Source: Bacteroidota bacterium
Lineage (GTDB): Bacteria > Bacteroidota > Bacteroidia > Sphingobacteriales > Sphingobacteriaceae
DNA length: 64,000 nucleotides
NCBI GenBank assembly: GCA_021794195.1
Contig: JAJYRG010000003.1
Span: forward strand, 10,242 to 74,241
Direction of reading: 5' to 3'
Both the position numbers and the translations under genes were made by a program. How positions within the stretch are numbered: position 1 is the stretch's first letter; each line of letters begins with the position of its first letter. Under the pieces are notes generated by a model. That model was not told the DNA's origin and searched no databases. It saw only the letters and a program-made list of their open reading frames with translations. Below, piece by piece: positions 51,031 through 61,163 of this stretch.

Positions 51031-51450
51031 TTATGCTAAAGTAGCGTCTAAAGTAATATTTAGATTTAACACCTTGCTGATCGGACAATTATCCTTCGCT
51101 TTATTCGCGCACTCCATAAATTTATCGTTGTCTATATTCGGTATAGTGGCTTTTAGAGTAAGATGTGAGTCGGTAAGCTCTAACTTATCTGGATTCATAG
51201 TTACTTCTGCTGAAACTTCTAGTGCATCTGGCGTAAAACCTGCTTCTCCTAAAATATTACTCAAAGCCATGGCAAAGCAGCCCGCATGAGAAGCTGCTAT
51301 CAATTCGTCCGGGTTAGTGCCATTACCTTTTTCAAAACGTGTTTTAAATGAATAAGGCTGATTATCAAAAACCTTGCTTTTTGTAGTTAATTTACCACTA
51401 CCTTCTTTTAAAGAACCGTTCCATACGGCATTCGCTGATTGCTTTATCAT
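51031..51450 (-). CDS. osmC: OsmC-family peroxiredoxin
   Basis: GTNPDELIAASHAGCFAMAL and CPIS motifs. Confidence 0.93.
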   Translation of the reverse strand: MIKQSANAVWNGSLKEGSGKLTTKSKVFDNQPYSFKTRFEKGNGTNPDELIAASHAGCFAMALSNILGEAGFTPDALEVSAEVTMNPDKLELTDSHLTLKATIPNIDNDKFMECANKAKDNCPISKVLNLNITLDATLA

Positions 51451-51647
51451 ATAGTCAAATTTTAATGTTTTATAATTATTAATTTATTTGTTCTAAAAAA
51501 TGTGGTCTCTAAAGTTCAACTTCCCACATTTAATAACTCTTAAAATAGTCATTTATCATGGACTTCCCTTCATTATTTTCAATAAAAAACATTAAAATGA
51601 TATTTTAAAAGAGTGTTGTTCGCTACTCCTGATAATCTATGCGTTTT

Positions 51648-52160
51648 TTAATAAAACTGCCGCAAGTCATCTATTTTACTCTCCCCATCTAAAAAGGATA
51701 GTAATCTTTTATCTTTAGCTTCGTATAAATAAAGAGAAGGAAAGTTTTGAGGGTTAAATTTTAATAAAAAAGCGTATTCTTCATCATGATAATACCCTAT
51801 GTTTTTTCTTTTCTTTAGTTTAGGCAAAAACGTATTTATATATTTCGCTACTAACGCTTTCTCTTGCATGGATACAAAATAAATTTGTGTATCTTCGAAT
51901 AACTCTATATTCTTATTTATTTCATATCCTAATTCCTGGCAATGCCCACAATCCGGATCGTAAAACACAAACATCAACTTACCATCTTTCGGCAGTGTTT
52001 TATACGCTAATACATCTTTCTCAAAATAACTGGGAAGACTTCCAAAGTCCGGCATTTTTTTGGGAGCTTCAGCTTTTTTCTGGCTAAAAACAAGAGTAGG
52101 TGTGAATATCAAGAAAAACAAATAAAAACAACGCATATTTATAGATTTAATTTCCTTCAA
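51648..52160 (-). CDS. Exported thioredoxin-like (redoxin) protein
   Basis: Signal peptide; FYDPDCGHCQ and cis-Pro motif NFPS. Confidence 0.8.
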   Translation of the reverse strand: MKEIKSINMRCFYLFFLIFTPTLVFSQKKAEAPKKMPDFGSLPSYFEKDVLAYKTLPKDGKLMFVFYDPDCGHCQELGYEINKNIELFEDTQIYFVSMQEKALVAKYINTFLPKLKKRKNIGYYHDEEYAFLLKFNPQNFPSLYLYEAKDKRLLSFLDGESKIDDLRQFY

Positions 52161-52335
52161 GGTAAATATTATTATTTATCCGGCCAACATATAAAAAAAT
52201 CTATTCCTTTTGAGGAATAAATATCTTCAAGAATCATGATGTTTTAATGAATAATATAGGGTTATATGGTTATCTATGATAAAATGTATTATATTTGATT
52301 GAATCAAAGTTTTTGAAAATAAATATTCATACCCA

Positions 52336-52917
52336 GTGAAAAAACGTATTGCCATTTTTGCTTCCGGCTCTGGTTCCAATGCACAAAAAATAATGGAACA
52401 TTTCAAACATTCTGATGTTGCAGAGGTTGTTTTATTACTCTCAAATAATAGCGACGCGTATGTTTTGCAGCGAGCAGACAACTTTGAAGTGCCGACTCAT
52501 GTTTTTGATCGACATTCTTTTTATCATACAGATGAAGTATTAAATATATTAAGTAATCTTCAAGTTGACTTAATTGTTTTAGCCGGTTTTTTATGGTTAG
52601 TACCCCAAAACCTACTTCAAAAATTCCCAAACCAAATCATCAATATTCATCCCGCCTTATTGCCAAAATATGGAGGGAAAGGAATGTATGGTGACAAAGT
52701 CCATCAAGCTATTTTAGCAGCAAAGGAAAAAGAAAGTGGGATTACCATTCACTTTATAAATGAAAAATTTGATGAAGGAGAAGTTATTCATCAGGCCCGG
52801 TTTAAAATCGACCCTGAAGATACCCTCGATATTATCAAATTTAAAGGTCAGCAATTAGAGCATCAGCATTATCCGAGAATTATTGAAAGTATAGTCAAAA
52901 AGCTTCCTGATAAATAA
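52336..52917 (+). CDS. purN: Phosphoribosylglycinamide formyltransferase
   Basis: IFASGSGSNA, LAGF, NIHPALLPKYGG, SGITIH; GTG start. Confidence 0.97.
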   Translation: MKKRIAIFASGSGSNAQKIMEHFKHSDVAEVVLLLSNNSDAYVLQRADNFEVPTHVFDRHSFYHTDEVLNILSNLQVDLIVLAGFLWLVPQNLLQKFPNQIINIHPALLPKYGGKGMYGDKVHQAILAAKEKESGITIHFINEKFDEGEVIHQARFKIDPEDTLDIIKFKGQQLEHQHYPRIIESIVKKLPDK

Positions 52918-53080
52918 AACAATTTAAACCGGATGATTTCTAAATATAAAAGATAAATTAACATTTAACTTACCGGTTTTATTTCTCACCGTATCCGCGT
53001 ATTTCACTCAAAAGGAACTTAAAAACATTCCTAATGTTTTGTGGTTAACTATTTTATTCTGTACAGAATAGTTAAGACTC

Positions 53081-53660
53081 GGTCTCAAAAGTTGTGGAGG
53101 GAATAATAGATAGTTGATAATTTTGTGCTTATGCAAGCTGAAGAATTTATTTAAACTACTACCTCCAAAATACTTGATAGACTTGTTTTCCAAAAACTGT
53201 ACAGATGATTGACAGACTCCACTTTCAAAACTAGTCTCTGAAGCATTACAGGAAATACACATTGAGCATCGGTGAGAAGCCATTAGAAACGAAAGTAAGG
53301 TATACTTGCAGCCAAAGGACAAGGTTGGGTATACAGTCCAGAAGTACACTCTAACAGTCATTCCAGAAAACAGATCTTGGGGGCGGAACAAGCACTTAAT
53401 TGTGAAAAGCTCAAGTAGATAGACTGACAGTCAAAAGGAAAAAGCGAATCTATTATTCAAACTTTATCCTGATATAGAGCACGCTTACGTTTTAACCAAT
53501 ACGCTCCGGTAATTTACAATCAGAAGGTAGAGAAATCACTGGCAATGACACGGATCGCACATATAGGAAAATTGGCTTTTAAATCATTTAATACTTTACT
53601 GAAAGCATCCACAGTTTCTTAGTCTACAAATTTTGCACTCGCCGCTCCAACATCTTATTG
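53081..53660 (+). pseudogene. ISL3-family (ISAon1-like) insertion sequence remnant
   Basis: Broken frames give LFKLLPPKYLID, DRLHFQ/KLVSEALQEIHIEHR*EAI, KSSSR*TDSQKEKANLLFKLYPDIEHAY and FKSFNT, matching Bacteroidota ISL3 transposase motifs; internal deletions and stops. Confidence 0.8.
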
Positions 53661-53693
53661 CTCCTATACAGCCTTTGGGAAGCTTTAATAATA

Positions 53694-53724
53694 AAAAAAG
53701 CGAAGTCACTTGACTTCGCTTTTT
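53694..53724. terminator. Intrinsic terminator of tRNA-His (bidirectional)
   Basis: AAAAGCGAAGTCA-CT-TGACTTCGCTTTT with A and T tracts on both sides. Confidence 0.85.
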
Positions 53725-53727
53725 CTG

Positions 53728-53802
53728 GGTGGATAATCGGGCTCGAACCGACGACCCCTAGAACCACAATCTAGTGCTCTAACCAACTGAGCTATATCCA
53801 CC
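53728..53802 (-). tRNA. tRNA-His (anticodon GTG) with encoded G-1
   Basis: GGTGGATATAGCTCAGTTGG..., anticodon arm CTAGA-TTGTGGT-TCTAG, GGTTCGAGCCC T loop, C73. Confidence 0.97.
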
Positions 53803-53818
53803 GTGATTTTGAGTGATA

Positions 53819-53826
53819 CAAAAGTA
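53819..53826 (-). promoter_or_regulatory. -7 promoter box of tRNA-His
   Basis: TACTTTTG on the minus strand, 16 nt upstream of the tRNA. Confidence 0.6.
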
Positions 53827-53863
53827 ATGTTTAATTATATTAGTTGCAAATGATTTTCATGAA

Positions 53864-53901
53864 AAAGTTCTCCATTTATGTAAATGTATATGGAGAACTT
53901 T
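53864..53901. terminator. Hairpin downstream of htpG
   Basis: AAAGTTCTCCAT-14nt-ATGGAGAACTTT. Confidence 0.6.
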
Positions 53902-53920
53902 AAAAGCCTATATAATAGCC

Positions 53921-55810
53921 TTATATCATTTCCACACTTCTTTTGACAAAACTTGTTAGGTCTGAGCCTTTAAGCAATCCGCGTGACAACAGCGCCAAAT
54001 CAAAAGCTTGTTTCGCCAGTTTTTGTCCTTCTTCATCCTTCGCTTCCAATATCCGTTTAACCAAGGGATGGTTCCCGTTTACAGTAACCTTATAATTATC
54101 CGGCATCTCTCCATAAAAGCCCATACCTCCCCCTCCGGTTTTCGCCATATCTTTCATACGGCGCATGAACTCATCTACAGTTACCGAAACCGGAAACTCT
54201 GAATCCAGCATCGCCTCTACCGACACATTCATATCCTGACGGTCTATCGCTTTTACAAAAAGTTCATTTATTTTTTTGCTTTCTTCTTCACTAATCGATA
54301 GTTCTACGGTCTCTTCTTTTTGGATAAGCTTATCAATTACATCAGCATCTACACGCTTTAACTGCACCTTCTCTCCCCCATGTTGCTCTAAATAACCTGC
54401 CATATGCGTATCGAGTGGGCCATCGAGAATCAATACATCATATCCTTTACTCTTTGCTGTGGTTATAAAGCTATCCTGCTCCGCAGTATCATGTGTGTAT
54501 AAGTATACGACATTCTGATCTTTATCTGCTTGTATATCTTTTACTTTTTCATAGTACTCTTGGAAAGTAAAATATTTTCCATCCGTATTTTTCAACAAAC
54601 AGAAATCATTGGCTTTTTCTGCGAATTTTTCATCGCTGAGCATTCCATACTTGATGAATAAACCTATATCATCCCACTTCGATTCGAATTCTTTTCTATC
54701 AGACTTATATATTTCCTGCAGTTTGTCTGCTACTTTCCTTGTAATATAAGAGTTGATCTTTCTGACATTACTATCCGCCTGCAGATAACTGCGGGATACG
54801 TTCAACGGAATATCAGGAGAGTCTATTACGCCATGCAACAACATTAAAAACTCTGGAACTATATCCTTTACTTCATCTGTAATAAAGACCTGCCGTGAAA
54901 AAAGTTTAATTTTGTTCCGCTGTAATTCCAATTCGTTCTTAATTTTTGGAAAATACAGAACCCCAGTCAGATTAAATGGGTAATCCACATTCAGATGGAT
55001 CCAAAACAAAGGCTCATCAATAGAATAGGGATACAGTTCACGATAAAAAGCGAGATAATCTTCATCTTTTAATTCGGAAGGTGCTTTCGTCCAGGCGGGA
55101 GAAGTATTATTGATAAAATTATCTACTTCTACAGTTTTATATTTTGGTTTCCCTTCCTCATCTTTACCATCTTCCTCACTCGTAGAACGTTTACCGAAAC
55201 GGATCGGGACAGGCAAAAACTTTGCGTATTTATCTAATATCTCCTGAATGCGGGCTTGTTCTAAAAACTCTTCCGATTCTTCATTGATATGCAAAATAAT
55301 ATCGGTTCCAATTTCTGTGCGGTTTCCTTCCGATATTTTATAGGTTGTACTGCCATCACATTCCCACTTAGCAGGTTCTGCATCTTTTTGATAAGATAAA
55401 GATTGAATTTCCACCAGATTCGCCACCATAAATGCAGAATAAAAGCCAAGTCCGAAACGGCCAATAATTTCATTTGCATCTTTGGCTTCTTTAAACTTCT
55501 CCATAAATTCAGTAGCGCCCGAAAAGGCTATCTGGTTGATATATTTTTTTATTTCTTCGCCCGTCATCCCGATTCCCTTATCGGAAATAGTAAGCGTCTT
55601 TGCTTCTTTATCTAATTTCACATCAATGACCGAATCTCCCAGTTCCCCATCATATTTCCCTAGGGAGGATAACCTTCTCAGCTTTTGCGTAGCATCTACC
55701 GCGTTTGAAACCAGTTCTCTCAAAAATATCTCATTATCAGAATAGAGAAATTTCTTTATGACCGGAAATATATTTTCAGAATGAATTGAAATAGTTCCTT
55801 TTTCTTGCAT
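53921..55810 (-). CDS. htpG: Molecular chaperone HtpG (Hsp90)
   Basis: FLRELVSNAVDA, DKGIGMT, GRFGLGFYSAF, GVIDSPDIPLNVSRS. Confidence 0.98.
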   Translation of the reverse strand: MQEKGTISIHSENIFPVIKKFLYSDNEIFLRELVSNAVDATQKLRRLSSLGKYDGELGDSVIDVKLDKEAKTLTISDKGIGMTGEEIKKYINQIAFSGATEFMEKFKEAKDANEIIGRFGLGFYSAFMVANLVEIQSLSYQKDAEPAKWECDGSTTYKISEGNRTEIGTDIILHINEESEEFLEQARIQEILDKYAKFLPVPIRFGKRSTSEEDGKDEEGKPKYKTVEVDNFINNTSPAWTKAPSELKDEDYLAFYRELYPYSIDEPLFWIHLNVDYPFNLTGVLYFPKIKNELELQRNKIKLFSRQVFITDEVKDIVPEFLMLLHGVIDSPDIPLNVSRSYLQADSNVRKINSYITRKVADKLQEIYKSDRKEFESKWDDIGLFIKYGMLSDEKFAEKANDFCLLKNTDGKYFTFQEYYEKVKDIQADKDQNVVYLYTHDTAEQDSFITTAKSKGYDVLILDGPLDTHMAGYLEQHGGEKVQLKRVDADVIDKLIQKEETVELSISEEESKKINELFVKAIDRQDMNVSVEAMLDSEFPVSVTVDEFMRRMKDMAKTGGGGMGFYGEMPDNYKVTVNGNHPLVKRILEAKDEEGQKLAKQAFDLALLSRGLLKGSDLTSFVKRSVEMI

Positions 55811-55863
55811 AAATTATAGTGTCTTAAAAATCAATAATTATTTTAGAAATCACAGGAGAGAAC

Positions 55864-55878
55864 ACAATGACTATTCCA
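55864..55878 (-). promoter_or_regulatory. Candidate sigma54-type -24/-12 promoter for htpG
   Basis: TGGAATAGTCATTGT has the GG-N8-TTG spacing of TGGCACG-N4-TTGC, about 54 nt upstream of the start. Confidence 0.45.
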
Positions 55879-56052
55879 AACTGGAATAACTGCCAGTATG
55901 TCGGTTTCAAACTGAAAAACTTTCATAAATAAATAAAGACCTGTTTTTTATGTATATTCTGATGGGAAGGATACGGATGCAAACGTATATTTTCTCAAAA
56001 TAAGAGCGTATTATTATATAATTCGTTATTTTTACATACTTAAGTTCATTTT

Positions 56053-57516
56053 ATGTTAAAACAAACTCTACAACAAAAGCTATTACAAAAGTTATCACCG
56101 CAACAAATCCAGTTCATCAAACTTTTGCAGGTGCCTACAGCTTCTTTAGACGCTCGAATTAAAGAAGAGCTGGAAGAGAACCCGGCCTTGGAAGACGGCA
56201 GCTTGGCAGAAATGGGTGATGATCCAGTGGATGAGTACGCGGATGAGGAAGAAAATTCAAAGGAAGAGAATAGTGAAGTAGAAGAAGAGTTCAGCGTAGA
56301 AGAATACATTCAGGATGACGACTACCAAAGTTATTCTTCAAATTATGGAACACAGGATGAAGAAGATAAAAAAGAAATTCCGGTCGTTGTTCAGGATTCT
56401 TTTTTCGAGCGCTTGCAACGTCAGCTGGATTTACTGGCCCTTTCCGAAAAGGAGTTTATCATTGGCCAGCAAATTATCGGAAGCTTAGATGATGACGGAT
56501 ACTTGAGAAGACCCATTCCGGCATTAATAGATGACCTGGCTTTTTCGCGAAATTTAATAGCCGACGAGAAAGAAATAGAAAAAATACTGAAACTTATACA
56601 GGGATTTGAACCCGTAGGTATTGCCGCACGGGATTTAAAAGAATGTTTGTTATTACAATTAGAAAAAAAAGACCAGAGCTCCCTGCTTATACAACAGGCG
56701 ACTACTATCATAAAGGAATATTTAGATGAATTCACAAAAAAGCATTATGCCAAAATAAAGAAGCAGATGGGCGTTTCTTCTGATGAACTGCGGGATATTG
56801 TCAATGAAATTGTGAGGCTAAACCCCAAACCGGGCAATTCGAGTGGAGGGAGTACGGGGAAGCAAATGCATATTATCCCCGATTTTCATATTAAAAATAA
56901 AGATGGCGAATTGCAACTGACGCTCAACGGCCGGAATGCGCCGGAATTACGGGTATCCCGATCATATCAAAATATGTTTGAACACTATGAAAAAGCAGAA
57001 AAAAACGATCAAAAAATGAAAGAAGCGGTACAGTTTGTCAAACAAAAACTGGATTCTGCAAAATGGTTTATTGATGCCATCAAACAACGGCAGCAAACTC
57101 TACTCAAAACAATGAACACCATTATGAACTTTCAGTATGATTATTTCTTGACAGGGGATGAAAAGATGCTTAAACCCATGATTCTTAAAGATATAGCTGA
57201 AAAAATAGAAATGGATATTTCTACTGTATCCCGGGTGGCCAACTCTAAGTACGTACAGACTGAATTCGGCACATTTTTATTGAAAGATTTTTTCTCAGAA
57301 GCTATTCAGACAAAATCCGGAGAAGAAGTATCCAATATTGAGGTAAAGAAAATTTTGGAAGAATGCATTAACAAGGAAGATAAACGCAAACCTTTGGCAG
57401 ATGAAAAGCTGACTCAGATATTAAAAGAAAAAGGGTACAGCATAGCGCGCAGAACGGTAGCTAAGTACCGCGAGTCTCTGAATATTCCGGTGGCCCGATT
57501 GCGAAAAGAATTGTAA
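56053..57516 (+). CDS. rpoN: RNA polymerase sigma-54 factor
   Basis: Gln/Leu-rich region I, STVSRV HTH, RpoN box ARRTVAKYRE. Confidence 0.98.
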   Translation: MLKQTLQQKLLQKLSPQQIQFIKLLQVPTASLDARIKEELEENPALEDGSLAEMGDDPVDEYADEEENSKEENSEVEEEFSVEEYIQDDDYQSYSSNYGTQDEEDKKEIPVVVQDSFFERLQRQLDLLALSEKEFIIGQQIIGSLDDDGYLRRPIPALIDDLAFSRNLIADEKEIEKILKLIQGFEPVGIAARDLKECLLLQLEKKDQSSLLIQQATTIIKEYLDEFTKKHYAKIKKQMGVSSDELRDIVNEIVRLNPKPGNSSGGSTGKQMHIIPDFHIKNKDGELQLTLNGRNAPELRVSRSYQNMFEHYEKAEKNDQKMKEAVQFVKQKLDSAKWFIDAIKQRQQTLLKTMNTIMNFQYDYFLTGDEKMLKPMILKDIAEKIEMDISTVSRVANSKYVQTEFGTFLLKDFFSEAIQTKSGEEVSNIEVKKILEECINKEDKRKPLADEKLTQILKEKGYSIARRTVAKYRESLNIPVARLRKEL

Positions 57517-57553
57517 TCCACTTCTGTTCCCTGATTATTTTCATTAGTGTTGA

Positions 57554-58168
57554 TCAGCTTACATTCCGCTCATAAGGTATTCGGCTCAATATAGAACGTC
57601 CCAAAGTAACTTCATCAACATACTCCAGTTCACCTCCAAAAGAAATACCGCGGGCTATAGTCGTGATCTGCACATTCAACTCTTTAAGCTTTCGATACAT
57701 GTAAAAAATAGTAGTATCGCCTTCCATCGTCGCACTTAATGCTAAAATAACTTCTTTGATTTCCTGTCCGCGGACCCTGTTGACCAGCTCATTTATTTTC
57801 AGATCGTTAGGCCCCACCCCTTCCATAGGAGAGATCAGACCTCCCAATACATGATACATGCCTTGAAACTGATGGGTATTTTCTATAGCCATTACATCAC
57901 GCGTATCTTCTACTACACAGATAACCGAAGAGTCCCGCTTGGGCGAACGGCAAATTTCGCAGACTTCCTGATCGGAAATGTTAAAACAGCCTCTACAGAA
58001 TTTTATATCTGTCTTCATAGAAGCAATAGCTTCCGTAAACTTAAGGACTTCCTCCTCAGACTGATTAAGCAAATGTAACACAAGGCGTAACGCCGTACGC
58101 TTGCCTATACCGGGTAATCTACCAAACTCCTCTACGGCTTGTTCTAAAAGCTTAGATGAATAATTCAT
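57554..58168 (-). CDS. recR: Recombination mediator RecR
   Basis: LPGIGKRTA HhH, C4 zinc finger, TOPRIM (EVILALSATMEGD). Confidence 0.98.
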   Translation of the reverse strand: MNYSSKLLEQAVEEFGRLPGIGKRTALRLVLHLLNQSEEEVLKFTEAIASMKTDIKFCRGCFNISDQEVCEICRSPKRDSSVICVVEDTRDVMAIENTHQFQGMYHVLGGLISPMEGVGPNDLKINELVNRVRGQEIKEVILALSATMEGDTTIFYMYRKLKELNVQITTIARGISFGGELEYVDEVTLGRSILSRIPYERNVS

Positions 58169-58172
58169 AACA

Positions 58173-58180
58173 CAAAACTA
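58173..58180 (-). promoter_or_regulatory. -7 promoter box 4 nt before the recR start
   Basis: TAGTTTTG on the minus strand. Confidence 0.5.
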
Positions 58181-58270
58181 CAATATATTTTACGCATATC
58201 TGTTTTTTTAGCCATGAATAGAATACAAAAAATATCATTATATTGGGCAAAAACTCAATCTTTTTAATAT

Positions 58271-58972
58271 ATGGATACAGATAAAGTGAAACGTTCTTTT
58301 GCTCCGAAAACATGGCAAGAGATAAAAGTAAAAGATTCCTGGCAGATTTTCAAAGTGATGGCTGAATTTGTAGAAGGTTTTGAAAAGTTGGCCAAAATAG
58401 GACCTTGTGTCTCTATCTTCGGCTCTGCGCGGTTACCTGAAGACTCAAAGCATTACCTCACCACGGTTAAAATCGCCCAATTGCTTGCCGGTAAAGGGTA
58501 TGGAGTGATATCAGGAGGAGGGCCAGGCATCATGGAAGCCGCTAATAAAGGCGCCTTCGAAGCCGGAGGCAAATCGGTTGGACTAAATATAGATCTTCCC
58601 TTTGAACAGTTTCACAATGCGTATATAGATAAAGACAAACTCTTGGAGTTTAAGTATTTTTTTGTACGTAAAGTAATGTTCATGAAGTATTCTCAAGGTT
58701 ATATTGTGATGCCCGGAGGCTTTGGCACCATGGATGAACTTTTTGAAGCTATGACCCTTATCCAGACCGGCAAAATAGAACGTTTTCCTATTGTTTTGGT
58801 GGGTTCGGAATATTGGAGCGGACTCTTGCAATGGATAGAAGAACAATTGCTGCGCAATGAGATGATCAGTCCGGGAGATCTTAAGCTATACAGGGTCGTG
58901 GATACGGCCGAAGAAGCTGCAGAGCATATATTCAAGTTTTACGACAAATACCTCCTGAAACCGAATTTTTAA
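58271..58972 (+). CDS. LOG-family (TIGR00730) nucleotide phosphoribohydrolase
   Basis: GGGPGIMEA and PGGFGTMDE motifs. Confidence 0.92.
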   Translation: MDTDKVKRSFAPKTWQEIKVKDSWQIFKVMAEFVEGFEKLAKIGPCVSIFGSARLPEDSKHYLTTVKIAQLLAGKGYGVISGGGPGIMEAANKGAFEAGGKSVGLNIDLPFEQFHNAYIDKDKLLEFKYFFVRKVMFMKYSQGYIVMPGGFGTMDELFEAMTLIQTGKIERFPIVLVGSEYWSGLLQWIEEQLLRNEMISPGDLKLYRVVDTAEEAAEHIFKFYDKYLLKPNF

Positions 58973-58995
58973 TACAAGGGTCTTCAGACACTGAC

Positions 58996-60963
58996 ATGCC
59001 CATTCTGCGAAGCATAAAAAAGATAGGAAAGAACGGCACACTGTATCAACGGGTTCTCCGGAGGGCTGTTACTTTTTTTTGTCTTTTTATTCTCTTGTCA
59101 CTTTCTTCAAAAGAAGCAGCCGGTCAGGTAAACCTGCACAGTACAAATAAAAAAGCTCAAAAATTATACGAAAAATCGCAAAAACATATCCAATCTTTTG
59201 ATTGGGAAGAAGCTGCGAAATTATTGCAAGAAGCGCTAAAATCAGATCCTGATTTCATGACAGCCTCACAGCAATTAGGAGATATCTACAGAAAGCAGAA
59301 GAAATACGCTCTTGCCATCCAGGCATATCAAAATGTTTTAGAAAAAGACCCTGAGCTTACTCCTTTGACTTACTACGGGTTAGGGGAGTCTTATTTATTC
59401 ACGGGACAATATACAGAAGCAAAAAAACACCTGTCCCGGTATTTGGAAACGGCCAATCTAAGCCAAAAAAGTAAAAAGAAAGTAGAAAAGTATTTGGCCG
59501 ACTGTGAATTTTCCTTATCTCAGGGGGTATTACACTTTCAAAACGACTTGCAAAAATTAAATGCCGAAATAAACACCCGAAATGATGAATATTTCCCAAA
59601 ATTAACGGCAGACAATCACACCTTAATTTTTACCCGTAAAGAAAGTAACAAAGAAAACTTTTATGAAAGTATCAAGGAGAAAGATCAATGGACAGAAGCA
59701 AGGATCTTAGAAGGAGACATCAATACGGAAAGTTTTAACGAAGGGTCACATTGCATTAGTCTAGACGGCAAATATTTGTTTTTCGCAGGGTGTAATCGGC
59801 CTGACGGATTGGGAAGCTGTGATATTTATGTGTCTAAAAAGGAAAACGGGAGGTGGTCTGCTCCGCACAATTTAGGTTCTCCCGTTAATACCTCCGGATG
59901 GGAGTCTCAGCCGGCAATAAGTGCTGACGGCCGTACCTTGTATTTTGTCAGTACAAGACCAGGAGGTTACGGAGGGGCTGACATTTGGAAAAGCGAGTTG
60001 AAAAATAATGGAAACTGGTCAGAACCCGAAAACTTAGGCGCTTCTATCAACACACCTTACGATGAAAGTTCGCCTTATATTCACGGGGACAACAAAACCC
60101 TTTATTTTGCATCAGATGGCTGGCCGGGATTTGGACAGAAAGATATTTTTAAAAGTATCATTGACTCGTCAGATACATGGTCAACTCCAGAAAATCTGGG
60201 TCCGGAAATCAACTCTTACACCAATCAAAACAGCTTTCATATTAGTTTAAACGGACAAACAGCCCACCTTGCTTCTGAAAATGAGCAAGGAAAGTACGAC
60301 ATTTATCAAACTTTACTGCCCAAAAACATCCAGGCTACACCCGTGGCTTTTATTGATGGGGAAATTGTAGATGCCGAAAATAAAGAAGCTTTACATGCAC
60401 AAGTATCCATAACCGATACAAAATCAGGAGAGATAGTTTTTAAAGATGAAAGTGATGTGATTGACGGAAAATTCTTAGCTACCTTACCAATAGGTAATAA
60501 TTATGCCGTGCATTATTATAAAAAAGGATACCTTTTCCAATCTAAAAACTATAATTTAACCGATACTTCAGAAGCAGATAAAAAATATAAAGAACTCATC
60601 GAATTGCAAACCATAAAGCCGGGAGCTCTGACTGTATTGGAAAACATATACTTTGAATTTGACAAAGCAGACTTGCTTTCAGAATCAAAATTAGAGTTAC
60701 AGCTGCTCATAGATTTTTTAAAAACACACCCTCAAGTGGTTATTGAAGTACAAGGGCATACAGATGACAAAGGCGAGGCTCTATATAATAAAAAGCTATC
60801 TGAAAGCCGGGCAAAAAGCGTAAAAGACTATTTAATAAATCACAGCATCCCGGCACAAAATATTGTTACAGTAGGTTACGGTGATAGTAAACCCATAGCA
60901 AGCAATAAGAGCGAAGAAGGAAGACAAAAAAACCGAAGGACCTCTTTTCTTATTTTAAATTGA
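58996..60963 (+). CDS. TPR + PD40 + OmpA-domain periplasmic protein (PorE-like architecture)
   Basis: TPR repeats, three to four PD40 repeats (PAISADGRTLYF), OmpA domain (GHTD...N.KLSE.RA, NRRT); start uncertain. Confidence 0.88.
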   Translation: MPILRSIKKIGKNGTLYQRVLRRAVTFFCLFILLSLSSKEAAGQVNLHSTNKKAQKLYEKSQKHIQSFDWEEAAKLLQEALKSDPDFMTASQQLGDIYRKQKKYALAIQAYQNVLEKDPELTPLTYYGLGESYLFTGQYTEAKKHLSRYLETANLSQKSKKKVEKYLADCEFSLSQGVLHFQNDLQKLNAEINTRNDEYFPKLTADNHTLIFTRKESNKENFYESIKEKDQWTEARILEGDINTESFNEGSHCISLDGKYLFFAGCNRPDGLGSCDIYVSKKENGRWSAPHNLGSPVNTSGWESQPAISADGRTLYFVSTRPGGYGGADIWKSELKNNGNWSEPENLGASINTPYDESSPYIHGDNKTLYFASDGWPGFGQKDIFKSIIDSSDTWSTPENLGPEINSYTNQNSFHISLNGQTAHLASENEQGKYDIYQTLLPKNIQATPVAFIDGEIVDAENKEALHAQVSITDTKSGEIVFKDESDVIDGKFLATLPIGNNYAVHYYKKGYLFQSKNYNLTDTSEADKKYKELIELQTIKPGALTVLENIYFEFDKADLLSESKLELQLLIDFLKTHPQVVIEVQGHTDDKGEALYNKKLSESRAKSVKDYLINHSIPAQNIVTVGYGDSKPIASNKSEEGRQKNRRTSFLILN

Positions 60964-61163
60964 TAAAATATGGCTAACCTGAGACCGGTAAAGGTTAATA
61001 TCAATGAAAAGAAAATTTTCATTCGTTATAGTTTTCAAAGGCATTCAAGAGACCTCTTCTCAGATTGTCCTGACACAAAGGAAAGAAAACCTAGTGAAGT
61101 GAACTCATAGACACCATCAAAAACAGACACCCATCCGTAACTTAAGACTCTTTTCTCCATTAG

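Noticed and set aside
53008-53391. 127-aa minus-strand ORF
   Set aside because: Lies antisense to recognisable ISL3 transposase fragments; no protein features
55811-56052. CIRCE/HrcA operator upstream of htpG
   Set aside because: TTAGCACTC-N9-GAGTGCTAA or a close variant is absent
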